DNA of 64,000 nucleotides from Balanoglossus misakiensis (lineage: Eukaryota > Animalia > Hemichordata). Under the pieces are notes generated by a model. The model saw nothing but the letters and a program-made list of their open reading frames with translations. It had not been told where the DNA came from and did no database searches. The DNA lies in NCBI GenBank assembly GCA_040954595.2, contig CM082585.2, forward strand, positions 10,032,564 through 10,096,563, written 5' to 3'. This document shows, piece by piece, positions 1 through 29,200 of this stretch (position 1 is its first letter; each line of letters opens with the position of its first letter). Both the position numbers and the translations under genes were made by a program.

Positions 1-30
1 ATATGTCTGCTTTCACATATTTTCTTTCAG

Positions 31-176
31 TATACACCAAATCTCTGAGTCATCTTATGGAAGTGATGAGTGGGCCACTCCTACAGAGTCTGGAAACTAG
101 GCTTGAAAGAAACGAATTGAAGATGGAAGCTCTCCAGAAAGAAAAGGAAAAGCTATTAAAAGAACTGGAATCATGA
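31..176 (+). CDS. Terminal coding exon of an unidentified upstream gene (C-terminal coiled coil)
   Basis: Acceptor tttctttcag at 21-30; open frame YTKSLSHLMEVMSGPLLQSLETRLERNELKMEALQKEKEKLLKELES to TGA 174-176; heptad-like L/E/K pattern; AATAAA at 461-466. Confidence 0.65.
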
Positions 177-559
177 TTTTTTTTATCATAGCCATATGTA
201 ATATATTGTGTAATTTTATATATTTTATGTATATACATATATAGGCTCTGATCATTTTGCATTATTTGCCTTTGTAAAAGTACTTTTTATTAAGTTTGAT
301 AATATTACTTCAAAGCGGATAGATTTTAAGTCTGTAAAATTTAGACCCTGAAAAACGGCTTCAGTTAAATGGGAACGTTGGTACAGAATATTCATTAATT
401 TCTACTAGCTTCAAATACACTTTGATTGCTCTAAAATAACTTGTATTCTATTTATGTTTGAATAAAAAATCCCATACCAGTATTGTGTTGTAGTGTAAAA
501 TGAATCTTCTTTTGTGAGAATGTAGGTGTTTGTTTAAAAATGTGTGGTGGTGCTCACTG

Positions 560-678
560 CATCGCTAAGTGGCTAAATCCCGCGAGATTTCAAAAGTTGT
601 CTTCAAGGCCAACGCGACCTCGCTCGGGACGCGGACGTACGTACTCATCAGCGCTTGACCTTTGACCTCGCTGACAAG
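560..678 (+). promoter_or_regulatory. TPP2 promoter/5'UTR, CpG-rich patch
   Basis: Local CpG enrichment; TCCCGCGAGA (TCTCGCGAGA-like) at 578-587; perfect DR1 TGACCTtTGACCT at 656-668; YY1-like CAAGATGGCG over the ATG. Confidence 0.5.
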
Positions 679-16833
<16,155 letters not shown>

Positions 16834-19699
16834 AGGCCACCATCATGGAAGCTCACAGCACACCCCCATCAACCACAGTCTTCACACCCCTATGTTAGCT
16901 TTCCTACAGTAATAACCCACAAGCTTGGAGGGCTGGATCATTCAAACTGCAGGGGCCAACCATGGTTTAGTGAGGGTGAAATCTAGCGGGAACGTTTTAT
17001 ATTGGATTTTCCAGTGCAGAGCCTGGTGCCAAACAGTGATGAGTGAATCTGTAGTTAGAGGGTTGGGTCACTGGCATCAATTGGGTCCACCCCAAATTGG
17101 CAGCTTTTTATCTTTTACGAGTTTGCATATTTTTTTCTAGTTTAAAATTACTTATGGTCTTATCATTCCTTGCTTTCAAATTGGTGATTGATATTGTAAT
17201 TACTTGGACTATAAGTCTTTTAATTCAAAGTGAAATCGAAGCCTGGCATCTAAAAACCACCCTTTTTTATCAGCAGTGCTCGCAAGGTAAAGCCTAACAT
17301 TTTCAATTCTAAACGGAACTGATCAAATTTGAAATGCACATATTCTTGCACTTTTGTGTACCTGGTTTTTGTTCATACCACTTATCATTTTATTCGATCA
17401 GCACCTGGTGACTACCAAGCATGTATCATTTTATTCTTGCCTATCAGAAAGTAGGCTAGAAGAATCTATACCAAAGATATTCAATTTTGGGGGTGTTTCG
17501 TGCATCCAGCTGTACTCAAGAATTCATAACAGAAGTGGCTATGACTTTGTGTCAGTACTATTTTTAAAATTCATAAAACTCGTCCAGTGTAATTTGTCTG
17601 TGGAAATTTTCCTTTTAATCCTAGAAATTCATGAAAATTTGGTGCTTCTTGTGTTGCATTTTGAATTACTACACATAGTTGGACATTATTGCATTTGTAC
17701 TAGGAAATGTGTTCCAAAATTCTATATAGGGTGCAGACGTTGTCGTACGCACACTTGAGAAAATATCAGCACATTTTGCAATTTTCACTGATTTGAATTT
17801 AGTTTTTTAGATTAAAACTGCTGAGAATGTCCCATTTATGCAAATATGTAGTTTGGAAGTTTACATCTGAGAAGGAAGAAGTGAAAAATAACAGTTTGTG
17901 AATTTTAGAGTACCAGAGACGCCATAGTTTGTAATTGTAACAACCAGCTGCATGGTACAGAATCTTGTTCATGTATAGGGTCTGTGCAAGGAGCACTAGC
18001 ATAATGCCGTGATGAAATATTCAGCACCTCCAAAGAAACCTGCCCACCCCTTCATTTGAAAATATAATGAACAGAGCAAGTGTTAATTGCCAATTGTTGG
18101 TCAGTCCATTTGAATTAGAAAGGGTTGGGCAGGTTGTGGCAGGTTACCCCTTTCCAGTACATGTAGTTGGTGGAACTGTTCTGTAAACTGACTGTAATTT
18201 TAAAATCTATCAATGTATCATAATCAATATGTACATGTACTCAGGTAGCTGTTGTGTGTCTGTCTGTTTCCATAGTGATCTGTTTCCTGTTTTTTGTCAT
18301 GAAGGTCCTCTTGTCTTGCCCGGGTGTCTTGCCCTGTTCACGATCTCCAAGTATTAAAAACACTTTTAGATTAAGTCTCTCAACTTAACTCAGGAATAGA
18401 ACATATAGTCAGGTTTTTATCACTGTTTTGTGCTACCTCCTCCAGTAATGATCATCACCCACAATGCACTATGTTTTGAACATTTCGTTTTCCATTGCAT
18501 TGTGGGTAAGTTTCAAGACAAATTGGCAAGTCTTCTTTTGTGGTCAGTGAATATGGTCAGTGTGTCTGACACAGCATTATTTAGGAACATTGACTATCAC
18601 TCCTTTAGTATGTAAGTTGATCAAAAATGCATTCACGAAAATGGTTGAACCCAAGGGGATGAAAGACGTCCTGATCATCAACCTCACCTGAAAATAAATG
18701 AACAAATTATCAACATATCAACTATAAGACAAGTGCCATTGATAGTTTTTATGAATGTGCTGATCGACTTTTAATAGAATGACGTTTTCAACTTTTGAGG
18801 AGTCATATACGTCAGACATCAGGAGGAGTAAGTACAAGACTACATGACATCAGGAATCTCTACTTTGAAGTACAAGTTCTCACCTTACACCACCACCTTC
18901 CCTGTAAAATATGGTATGGTCCAAATTTCTGAACTGAGTTTAGTCCATTAGAGGGAAGTAGGGGTGACCAGGTTACAGTTCTTGTGTCTTCCGTTATATT
19001 TTGTAGTACATGTACCATGTAGAAAGCAACGTCACATATCATGTGTACTTTTCGAGTATTTTCTCCCAAATCTATACATTTGATGTCAATTTAACAATAG
19101 ATGTATATTTTTGTGTGTAATGTACTTTTCTAAATGTTCTGTAGGTGATGTCACCTTCTGTAATGTGTAGTCTTTCAGATCATATATCAATAATTCGTGA
19201 CCATGGTTAAATAAATTCAAATTTTGTCTCAAATGCTCTGTCCATCTATGGCCATTATTTACTCTGTAAAATCTTCTGTATAGTCTGTATAATTCCTGAA
19301 TTGCCTTTACCCTAGCTCACATCCTTGTGATAAATGAAACAGTTCTCACATTTGTTTGATGCAGTACATAGGTACTAATAGGTGCATGCATACATACACT
19401 ATTGTTTGTACATGACAAGTTTAATTGCCAAAGGTTTTTTTATTTGCTCTATGTTTACCACATTAAAATCCCAACTGGAAATATTTTTTTACTCTCAATC
19501 AAACCTGAGGTCATGATTGAGTTTGCTTTGAAGATGACCAGCAATAAATTAGATTCCGCACTATTTACTTATCAAAAAGACGATTACTGTTCACTCGGAT
19601 GAGACCGTTATCGTTATCAGTTCAAGCGTCCCCCGTTTTGTGTATTGTGAGATAATTGTTTTCATTAGAGCAAAAAGTAAACAAGTAAACAAGAGAAAC

Positions 19700-20168
19700 A
19701 AAGACGGGCATTCCAGTTCAAAACGCATGCGCGAGGGTGTTTAGGCCCCATGTGACTTCTAATCGGCCAATCATCGTTTAGCCTGTTCAGCCACCGCCAA
19801 GCTCGTTTTTGCATGAAAACACTGGAATCGTGGAAGTTCGGTGGATTTTAAACGTCGGTATCTTTGTTTATTTTCAGTGTTTATCAGTAGAAATGAGCTA
19901 ATTGGCACGATTGTAACCTTGATTTTATTTTACCGTGGATTTTAGAAGAATTACGGGGAACTAAGGGGAGATCGAGCTTCCAGAAGTACGGTACCTCGTA
20001 TGAATGGAACGCCATTGCTAGTTCGCCGAGATCAGATCCTATGCAGTGGGAAGTTGTTGTTTGAAAGTTGCAACGTTCTGTGGAGTGTGACAACAGATCG
20101 CGGGAAATACAAGTATTATCAAGAGACTTTAACTGAGGGCAAACCTCAGAACCTTGCAGTGGCGGATC
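19700..20168 (+). promoter_or_regulatory. DP gene promoter / 5' region
   Basis: CpG-rich relative to flanks; NRF1-like CGCATGCGC ~19724; CCAAT 19767-19771; CCGCCAA 19794-19800; canonical E2F site GCGGGAAA (TTTCCCGC) at 20100-20107. Confidence 0.55.
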
Positions 20169-20211
20169 ATGGCAAACTCTATGGCTACTCTTGCTAGCCT
20201 ATGGGACGATG
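20169..20211 (+). CDS. TFDP1: DP putative first coding exon ([14 protein letters not shown])
   Basis: ATG in gatcATGG; donor G|gtaagg; phase 1 matches the next exon. Confidence 0.55.
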
Positions 20212-23200
20212 GTAAGGAAAAAGTCAGAGATCGTAAACTTGTCAGCTTGTGTGTGTGACCGTGTGATAGGGGTGACCAATCGGATCTCATTTCGGTTGTA
20301 TCGAACCACGTGCATTGCGATGCGACCCCTATTAAATCGGTAAATGTACACGCTACCAAAAGGTAAAGGGGCATTGGAAATGATAACGCCTTTTTATTAT
20401 ATATCACTACTCGATGATATGATCGCGATACTATTCATCCGTCGAGTTTTAAAGTTAAAACCCATTCCAGTACACGTACACACCGAGTGGTGATGCATCA
20501 TTTATGAATGGGGGGTCGAGTGTGAAAGAGGGACTGTTGTATCTCAGAGGTACTCCCCAAAAGTTTGTTTTTATTATAAGAATATAATGCAGTCGCTTCA
20601 GAGAGCACTCTGTAGTTGTACGTGTTTTTGAGTTCGGGATCGTTATGACGATCGGACAAAACACGTCGGGACAGTCGTGATCAGGGGGTGCAGTTTCGGG
20701 ACATGTATGTGAAGATATGCTGATCTTGTTCACCAAGGAACAAAGCGACCGACGCAGCTGTAAAATTCCTACACACATTTGAAGAGAAATGAATTGGCCC
20801 TTCAGGGGCAAAGCAAGGCCTTCATAAATCTATAGGCATTGATTGCATAGATACGAAATTAACAAAATAATTCTATGATCACAGTGGATGGAGACATTTC
20901 ATCTTTCAGTTTCATGTCACTTTCGAAGTTTTCGGTGAGTGTGACTGTGAGTGATGCTTCCAAGCTGCCTTATCTTCTTTGTTCCAAGCCATTTTCATCT
21001 GACCTCATCCAGGCCTTTGTCCATAACTTTTACGGCCACTGCGACAAGGTCTTTAAAGTCCAGATTCCAAATGGTTTTGGGTTATCTCTGTCAATAAATG
21101 ACTTGCTTTCCAAGAAAACCCAAAACACCACATTGATAAAATTTGACCCATATTATCTTGAAGTTTTTTTTTCTTGACTCAGAAAGAAAATATCTAGATT
21201 AAGAGATCGACTGATCAATTTTTGTTTGAGATTGAAAATGATCAGTTTTCTTCTGTTGGTAATTACAGTAAACCATTTTTCTGTAATTTGACATCTTATA
21301 CATGGTGGCCAGTTGTCATAGAAACCTTATCAGCTTGGGTTGACAGTTAGCCCTTGGTTAGTTTCAGACAGTTACAAAACTTTCAAAAATTAGAAAAAAA
21401 TGCCTTGTCACATACATTTCAGTTAAAATGGATTTTAACAAATAATGACAATCCTTGTCTTGTAAGTTTTTTAATCAAACTTAATTAGTATGTTTACATT
21501 TTTAAGTAGGGCAGATTTGATAATGATATGCAAGGAGCTGTTGATTTATTCAGTCATAAACAATGATTAAGGAGATGGGGCTGTTTCTTTTATACTCTGA
21601 GACAGCTGCACTTGATTCCATCAATTTTCCTTTTGTCAGTTTTTGTAATAGGCTTTTTATTTTGCCAAACAAAACGTGTACATTATCTTGAGTGCGTTGC
21701 GTGCCTTTAGAGTTTTCACGACCACCTTTGGCCCAAAGCCTCTCATTTTCCCCTTCAAATTATAGCCCGCCCCTGCCTCACAAGTATGGGTTGGTTTTTC
21801 TGTGGTGTGAAAAAACATTTGTATGTGTACACCTAGTGACAATTAATTGGCTCTTGTGAACGTTTGTTTCCGAATACTCATGTCACAAATTTTTATGAAA
21901 TACGAATCCAACCATATTTGATAATTTACATCACCTTTTTTCACGGTGATGTACTTTGTCCAGCTTTGCCTCCTCCAGTGAAAATCAAGGTACAGGACGA
22001 CGACTCACTTATCACTGCAATTTGGCAACTTAATCCTTTGTGTGCAGCGGTTCGTCTCATCGACGTTGACCCAGCAGGTCATGTCATGTAATGGAGATGA
22101 ATGTCTTTGCCCTGAAAGGGTTAATTAATGAAAGGGGAGAATTCGTGTAGAAACCTGTTCAGAATGTGCTCAATGCCTGGAAACCGGGATTGATGTCACC
22201 GTGACAACCAACATGAAAGATTGTGTCAATGTGAGGTTGGCCTACAGGTAAATATGCAGCTGACCTTGGTCATGGGAACAACAACAATAACAACAACAAA
22301 ACAGTAAATACAACAGTGTTCCTTTCCTACACAATTTCACCCATCAATCCCTGTTCTATGTGTTGTTTATTTGTTTCTCCATAAGTAGGCAAAATTCTCC
22401 TCCTTCAAAATCCCCAGGTATTGCCCTATTTGATGTCCGGTACATTGTGCTTTTCTCTACATCCTCATCTCTTATATCAAAATATTCATTACATTGAATG
22501 TAAAAATTCATGTACCGCCAATCTAGCGATGGTTATTGGGGTTAGCAAATACACAGCTGTAAATTTTAGTGCAAGTTCTGACTTGCGAAGCAAATGCAGT
22601 AATCTGCAACGCTATCTCATGATCAAGTGTATTTCATGCAGAGGTCAAAAGATCGTTCCTTGTAAATGCTGTGGAACTGCCCAGAGAACTCAGCAATACT
22701 TTAACACGAAGCATTTGCCCTGGGCAGGTGATAATTTATTTGCCAGCTCAGCATACCAGTGCCTGGACTTGATGAAGTGTGCCAGCGACTGAACTGACCA
22801 CATACCAGAGAGACTGACCAATGAAGATGGCTTTAGCTTATTTGCAGTCTATGTGTATGTTAGCTTGGTGTACTACAGTGCAGATAAGATGTTTTGGTGA
22901 CAGATTTTAGGGACTATTTTGGGGGGTTGCCGGTATTTTCTGAATACATGTACATGTACATGTCAAGCCTAAGTGATCAAATCCAATATGGCTGACGGCG
23001 GCCATTTTGTTCCAATTTTACATCTCCTGTAAGATTACTCTAACCTGATGGATTACACAAAGCAGGCACAAGGATAGTGATGCATGTCTGTGTGCACATA
23101 ATCTATTGCAGTGTTGTCCAGTGGCATGACCTATTGACCACCGTTTTGTTTTAATTTATGCGTCTTATGGTTTTGCATGAATAATCTGCATTATTCATAA

Positions 23201-26200
23201 GTTACTTCAGACCTATCACATTATTGACACAGGTTGTTTTGTTTTTTCTTGCCATCTTGCAGGACAAGGTAGCCCAATAAAGAGCAATCCCGGTACTCCG
23301 TCCAAATCCAGTACAAACGGCAAAGACCTGCACGAAGATTTCATCAAATATTACAAAGACAATGGCCTAGAGGGTATGGTGAAAGAAGTAAGTATTTGTG
23401 ATGGACAAACGATGTTCTTTTGTCCTGTCCACATGCAGTCTCCGATGGAAGATATAAATGTAGTTGCTGTTTCAGTCGTATTTGTGCGAGTATGAAGCAA
23501 TTTATTTAGACTGGATATGCCATCTGAGTTTGTGGAATATACCTTACACAATCAAAAGAATACAGCCATTGCACATTGTATACATGTTGATTTCAGGTGT
23601 TGTAATAAGCATACATTCTTTAGCATGGCAAAAGATATACATGTGGATATGCTCCCATACATTTTCAGATCCATTTTGCAGGCATGCTGTGACTTATTTC
23701 ATTCCACAATGACTTCGTCTACTTTCTTAATCTGTTAATCCAGCGGGGATTATGTCATTGAGTGGTATTTGATATTTTTTTTGCGCTGGTGTCGCGAAGC
23801 ACCAGAAACGACCCTAACCAGCTGCATACACCCATGAATATGACAATAAAGAATGTAATACCGTCATTATGTATATAAATAGAACTGATGCAATGTTGGG
23901 TTTTGATACAGTATATGCAACACAAATTATGTACCCCGGGGGCTTTCCAGTTGCCATGACATTTATTCAGCGTGAAAATAAGTATGTCTTATTTTTACGA
24001 TGTCCAGGATGGTTTATTCAAATATTCACGAGACAAGCTCAAATTACTGCGTGTGGTTGCGGATGGTAGAACCTGATTTCAACTTTGGGTCACATGTTTT
24101 CGCTCAGTTTCATATTTTCATGGTTCATAAAATAATTTTCACCTGTAGACTTGCTTTTATTATAGAGGCTGTTGGATGTTAAACACAGGACTGACTTAAA
24201 ACTTTAAGTGATTAGATTTTGACCAGAACCATTGCTTGTGGTTCATAGTGTTGCAAACTCTTGTAATCAGCCCTTGCCATCTTGGACCATAGATACTGAA
24301 GTATTTTCATGTATGCTTTGACACAAATTGTCTGACGTCAACTTTATTCTCGGAACTTTACTCCAAATGTTTGGTTTCACCTGTAGATTTTGGACCCTGG
24401 CAGTGGTCATTAAGCACTTGTTACTTGCTTATCGTTACTGAACAGGGAGATATTTATTAGTGCCAGGGAATTCTTATCTCTCCACAGTACACCAAAACAG
24501 TGGAATGTGTGTGGGTGGGCAAGCCGCGTCCCCTGTTATCGTCATTTTCACGAGTCTTTTCTGTCAAAGTGAAAGAATTCCCCCCTCCTGTCAACATTTC
24601 CACATCGGTGGGCTTCAAAAGACACTCTTGACTTCTGACAACAAACAGCGGTTTATGCCAAGTATGTTTTCACAAGATCTTTGGGCCAAGTTCTCAGTAG
24701 GTACTCCTACAGGCCATTAAAAAATTCAGTCCACAATATGGAGTCACATCTTAATATCTTTATGCAAACTGTGGCGACTTGATAGAAAAAGGGGTTACTG
24801 GGCTCATTTTTGGGTTAAGCAAACCAATTCTTCTGAAATTTACAATTATCTGAAAGTGAAACTATACCAAGTGTTACAATAACACAATTATGTTCTCAAC
24901 CTTAGCAAAGAAAAACCTGAGTTTAACCCAAGGTCAGAAGTTATGTTGGGTATCAAAATTCCATTGGTATATGATACCAGTTTCTGTATTATATTAATAA
25001 AGTAAGGTAACTTCAAATTATAGATACGAAAGGGCGTGGGACTGACACTGTACTAGTTGGCCATACCTAGATGCCACAATGTGCTTGGGGTGTGGGTTAC
25101 AATAAGGTGAAAGTTCATTTTAAGGTCTGGTTATTGGTCTACTCAACATTGTAATGTTCATTATATTCTGGTACCGTGTGACCACATCACAAGAAGAATC
25201 ATGCCCCCCCCCCCTCCTCCCACGCCAAATCAAAGATAATTGTATGGTTCTTTACCAAATAAGAGGCTGGAAGCCGTAAATAATTGGTTTTCAATGTGCA
25301 TTTGGCATGCCATAATTTTTGCTCTATTCAAAGGTAAATCAAGGTTGAATGTGATTGGTCTTCTAAGAAAGAAAGATTACATTCAATTATATTTTTGAGA
25401 GTGCGTGATACATATTATAAGTAGGGGAAGCTACTCTGGGGGTTTGTGAATAAAGTCAGTTAAAAAAGCCCTGTATCATCAAGGAAGTTGCCAATTTGCT
25501 GTGGAATTAAATTGTGTATATTGCCACCAGAAATCTTGACCATAATTTTCTACCAATTTTGAGAAAATAGCAGAATCCTTAAGTTTGACGTCATCTCATG
25601 ATTGCAATTTTTTCAGTGTCGCAAAAGATCCTCCGGCTTATGTTAAGATTTTGAGAAGACGGGATCATTTTTGAGTTTGGAAGACCTATTGAAGGAGATT
25701 AAAATAACCAAAATAGTGTCGTTCAAAGTAGAAAGCAGTGTGATGGAAAGCGATCCATCATGTGTTTTTGATTCTCTTTTGTGGTGTATTCGTGACCCGT
25801 TCGTTTAAAAATAGTTGCTTGTCGTTCATCAGAGGCAAACCACCAAAAATAAACTTTTCATGGCTGACACAAGGGTCCGGAAGACAAAGATGAAGGGTCA
25901 AACCACAGAGGTCAGCAGGTCAACCAGCAATTCAAGCAAAACAAGCATGGTTGTAAAGAGGTTCTGTGTTGTGGCACCTTACAAAGGAAAGGGCTAATTA
26001 TAAGGGTTATTTGTCACTTGAGTGAAATGGTGTTTGATTGAGCGAGCTGAAAAATAGGTCTGTTGTTTGTAATTGGGTGGGAAAGCACTACAAGGCAGCT
26101 GAATTTATCAAAAGAATCTGAGATCGCTTGGGTTATTTGCGGCCCCCAAAATGATGGCGTTGGATTACGGTGGAAGTAAATATCGTCACAGTGCAAATAT

Positions 26201-29200
26201 TATACGACGTCTAATAGCCATCACTGGGGAAGTGGACAGTTTTGAGTGGGCTGATTGGTGTGTGATGTATTTGAAATTGTAAATATAATGGTGTTTGCTT
26301 GTCTGTGAGTGAATTTATGTTTTGAGTGATGGAAAGGCAGTCTCAAGTCTTGGTCAGGTATGGTTCTCCTGTCTTGACGTTTGATCGAGAAGAGTAAGTT
26401 TTGTGCAGTTTGATGTTTGCGTGACTTTAGGGGGTGGTAGGGAGGGGGGGCACAGAGAGATCCTGCCAACTGCAACACTTATGTCTGGCATGTGCATGTG
26501 AGAAAAATTGCTATAAGCTGTGATCTTTGCCGTGTTGGTCAGGGTGAAGGTCACTCGTTCTTCAGATATGGTGATTTCGAGATGCTCCTAATTTTAATTT
26601 TGCCCTGGGGAGAGATCGACCTCAATGCTGTCTGATAAATGGGCCTGCGTTAGAGGAAATTCTGTCGAAAGAATTCCTGTGATTTGAATTTTCGGAGAAC
26701 TCTCACTGTGCAGAAGTGGTTTTGCACAGAAATGTGTTAATGTAGTACTGCACTAGCTTTAAAATATAATTGTTTGAGAGGGTGACAACATACATTGCAA
26801 CTAATGTTATTCATCCAATAAATGATTTTTGCCAATAGAGTGCTGTTTAATTATCACGTCTTAAAAACACTCTACAAACCTGAGAAAAGCAAAGAAAGGT
26901 ACTTATATTGATTTTATTTGGTCCGTTGAGAAGTATTGACGGAGGGGTGATATGAAAGGTAGTGTAGCCAAGACTGATGAATGAAGTGTCTTCAAACTGG
27001 GCTGTTATTGATTTAGACCCGAGTGCGTGCGTTGTTTCCATCCACTCAGATAAATTTAAAAGTTTGTAAGAGTCGGCTCATGTTGAAATTACAGTGTAAC
27101 AATACTATGCATCTTTGAGGAGAATTTAAGTATTAAATTGACATGTTCTGGAAATGTGAGTGTGAGGCATAGAGGATGTGGCATTTTTGCAGAGGTTTTC
27201 CTCGTGGGGAAGGGGGTGTGTTGTTTTGAATTCTTTTGTTCCCGGCTTCCATCCATTTTTGCCCCACATCCAGGTTAATCCAGCAGACGTGACGGTTGAA
27301 AAATCAATCTTTCCGTTGCATAAGAGTAATATTTCCAATCACTCACCAAGGCCAGAGGAAATGTCATTCATAAACAGATGGCAGCATGTACATGGACGTG
27401 CGTGTTTTTGAGTTGATAATAATTGGTCGATGCTAACCAAAACTGTTAGCTCAGTCCGAAATACGAAACTCAACTCAGAAAAACGCTGAAAGCAAGCATG
27501 CAAACAAAAAGTATTGAAATTATTTATAAAGACAAAGAATCATCGCAAATACTTAAAAAGTATTGAGATTCAAAATTCACCAAGCGACTAGTGGCCTAGT
27601 CTATGTTGAGCGTTGCCATGGAAGTCAGATAAGATGGATGACAGGACGCGTGGCACCAGTCAGACCGCGTCCCATGGGGCACCTTAGCATCCTGTCCTCG
27701 GCAGATACAACAATCGATTACACACAGGACGCAAAAGATTTGAAGACTTCCAAGCAGGGTTTGTTTTCCCAGAATTACCACCTGATTCTGGCAAATTTAC
27801 GGAGTTCGGACATTGAAAGGAAAAAAAAACAGCACCCATCGTTGTGTGCCCTACATAGTGGGTTCAACAAACTTTCACGAAACAGTAATGTCACTTTAAA
27901 TTCACCAATAACACTACTGACTGTGCGCATATGGGGTATGTTGACAGGTTAAACACAGGGCAGCATTTCATCATGTATACGGAATAGAATAAGAAGAGTA
28001 CAGTTGATACACAGAACAAAAATGCTGAATAAAAAAAAGACAGGGCTTTATATATATTACAGGAATAAATTTTCAGTGTTTGGTCAGATGCAGAATCTGG
28101 GATAGTGTGCGACTGAATGATTTCAATAATAGAGATTAACTACCAACAATTAACACCACAATAGGTCACATGATCAAGCCAGTGAGATCGAACAAGTCGC
28201 AACGTTGCAAACACAAATGGCCAGTATAACATACTGACGAAACATACTTCCATATCGGAATGCAAAAAAAAAGTTAACCCACTGGCTTGAGGAAAAATCG
28301 AAAAAATTGCCGAGAATCAAATCGGAATAAGTTGTATAAAAAACAACCCAATGTCTAGGGTACTGAAACACTCACCGACCTGTTGATAGATCATGATACA
28401 TTGATTACCTGTTTAAGGTAGAGATGTAGGTTTTTTGCATTTTTTGAGTGATTTTTACTTTTTTCAATATTTCAAACCATTAGAATTTGCATTATTTTTT
28501 TATTAAAACAGTTTTACCGGGTCACATTCCTAAACATGTGTAAATTTATCAAAAGTAACATATTTTAAGAATTGTGTGTACAGTTATAAACATTCCGGAT
28601 TAACTGTTACCAGATTAGTGTTGGAGTTTGCTAACCAATTCACAGGAGCCCAGATATGCAAATCTGACATTTCGAAAGTTAGGCTAGTTAACAGGAAGTT
28701 TGACAGGCTTGCTTTGTCTAGTGACTTCCAGCATGATGGTCAACTATGGCTTCCATCAGGGTTCGAACATCATGCTCCATGGCACAGACTTATTGACCGG
28801 ACATAGGGCAATGAAACACCCGCAAATTTACAATTACTAATTACATGTTTTTCCACGATTTTCAACTAATTTATGAACTTTTTGGAAATGCTCCATGACA
28901 GAACGTTTAGTTGTGACCAGTGTTGCTTGTCTCATCTTGTCGAGAAAGCTGTTGCTGGTGCAGCTTACAATGTCACAACCATCGATAAAGTGAACAACTA
29001 ATCCATTGCATGAAATAGGTGGATGTGTCAAGCGATGCCGATGCATAAATTTTCAGTTTTGAAACAGGAAGTTTGACAGTGCTTTGTCTAGCGACTTCCA
29101 GAATGATGGTAGAGTATGGCTTCCATCAGGGTTCGATCGTCATGTTCCGTGGCATAGACTAATTTACCGGACACAGAGCAATGAAACGCCCGCAAATGTA

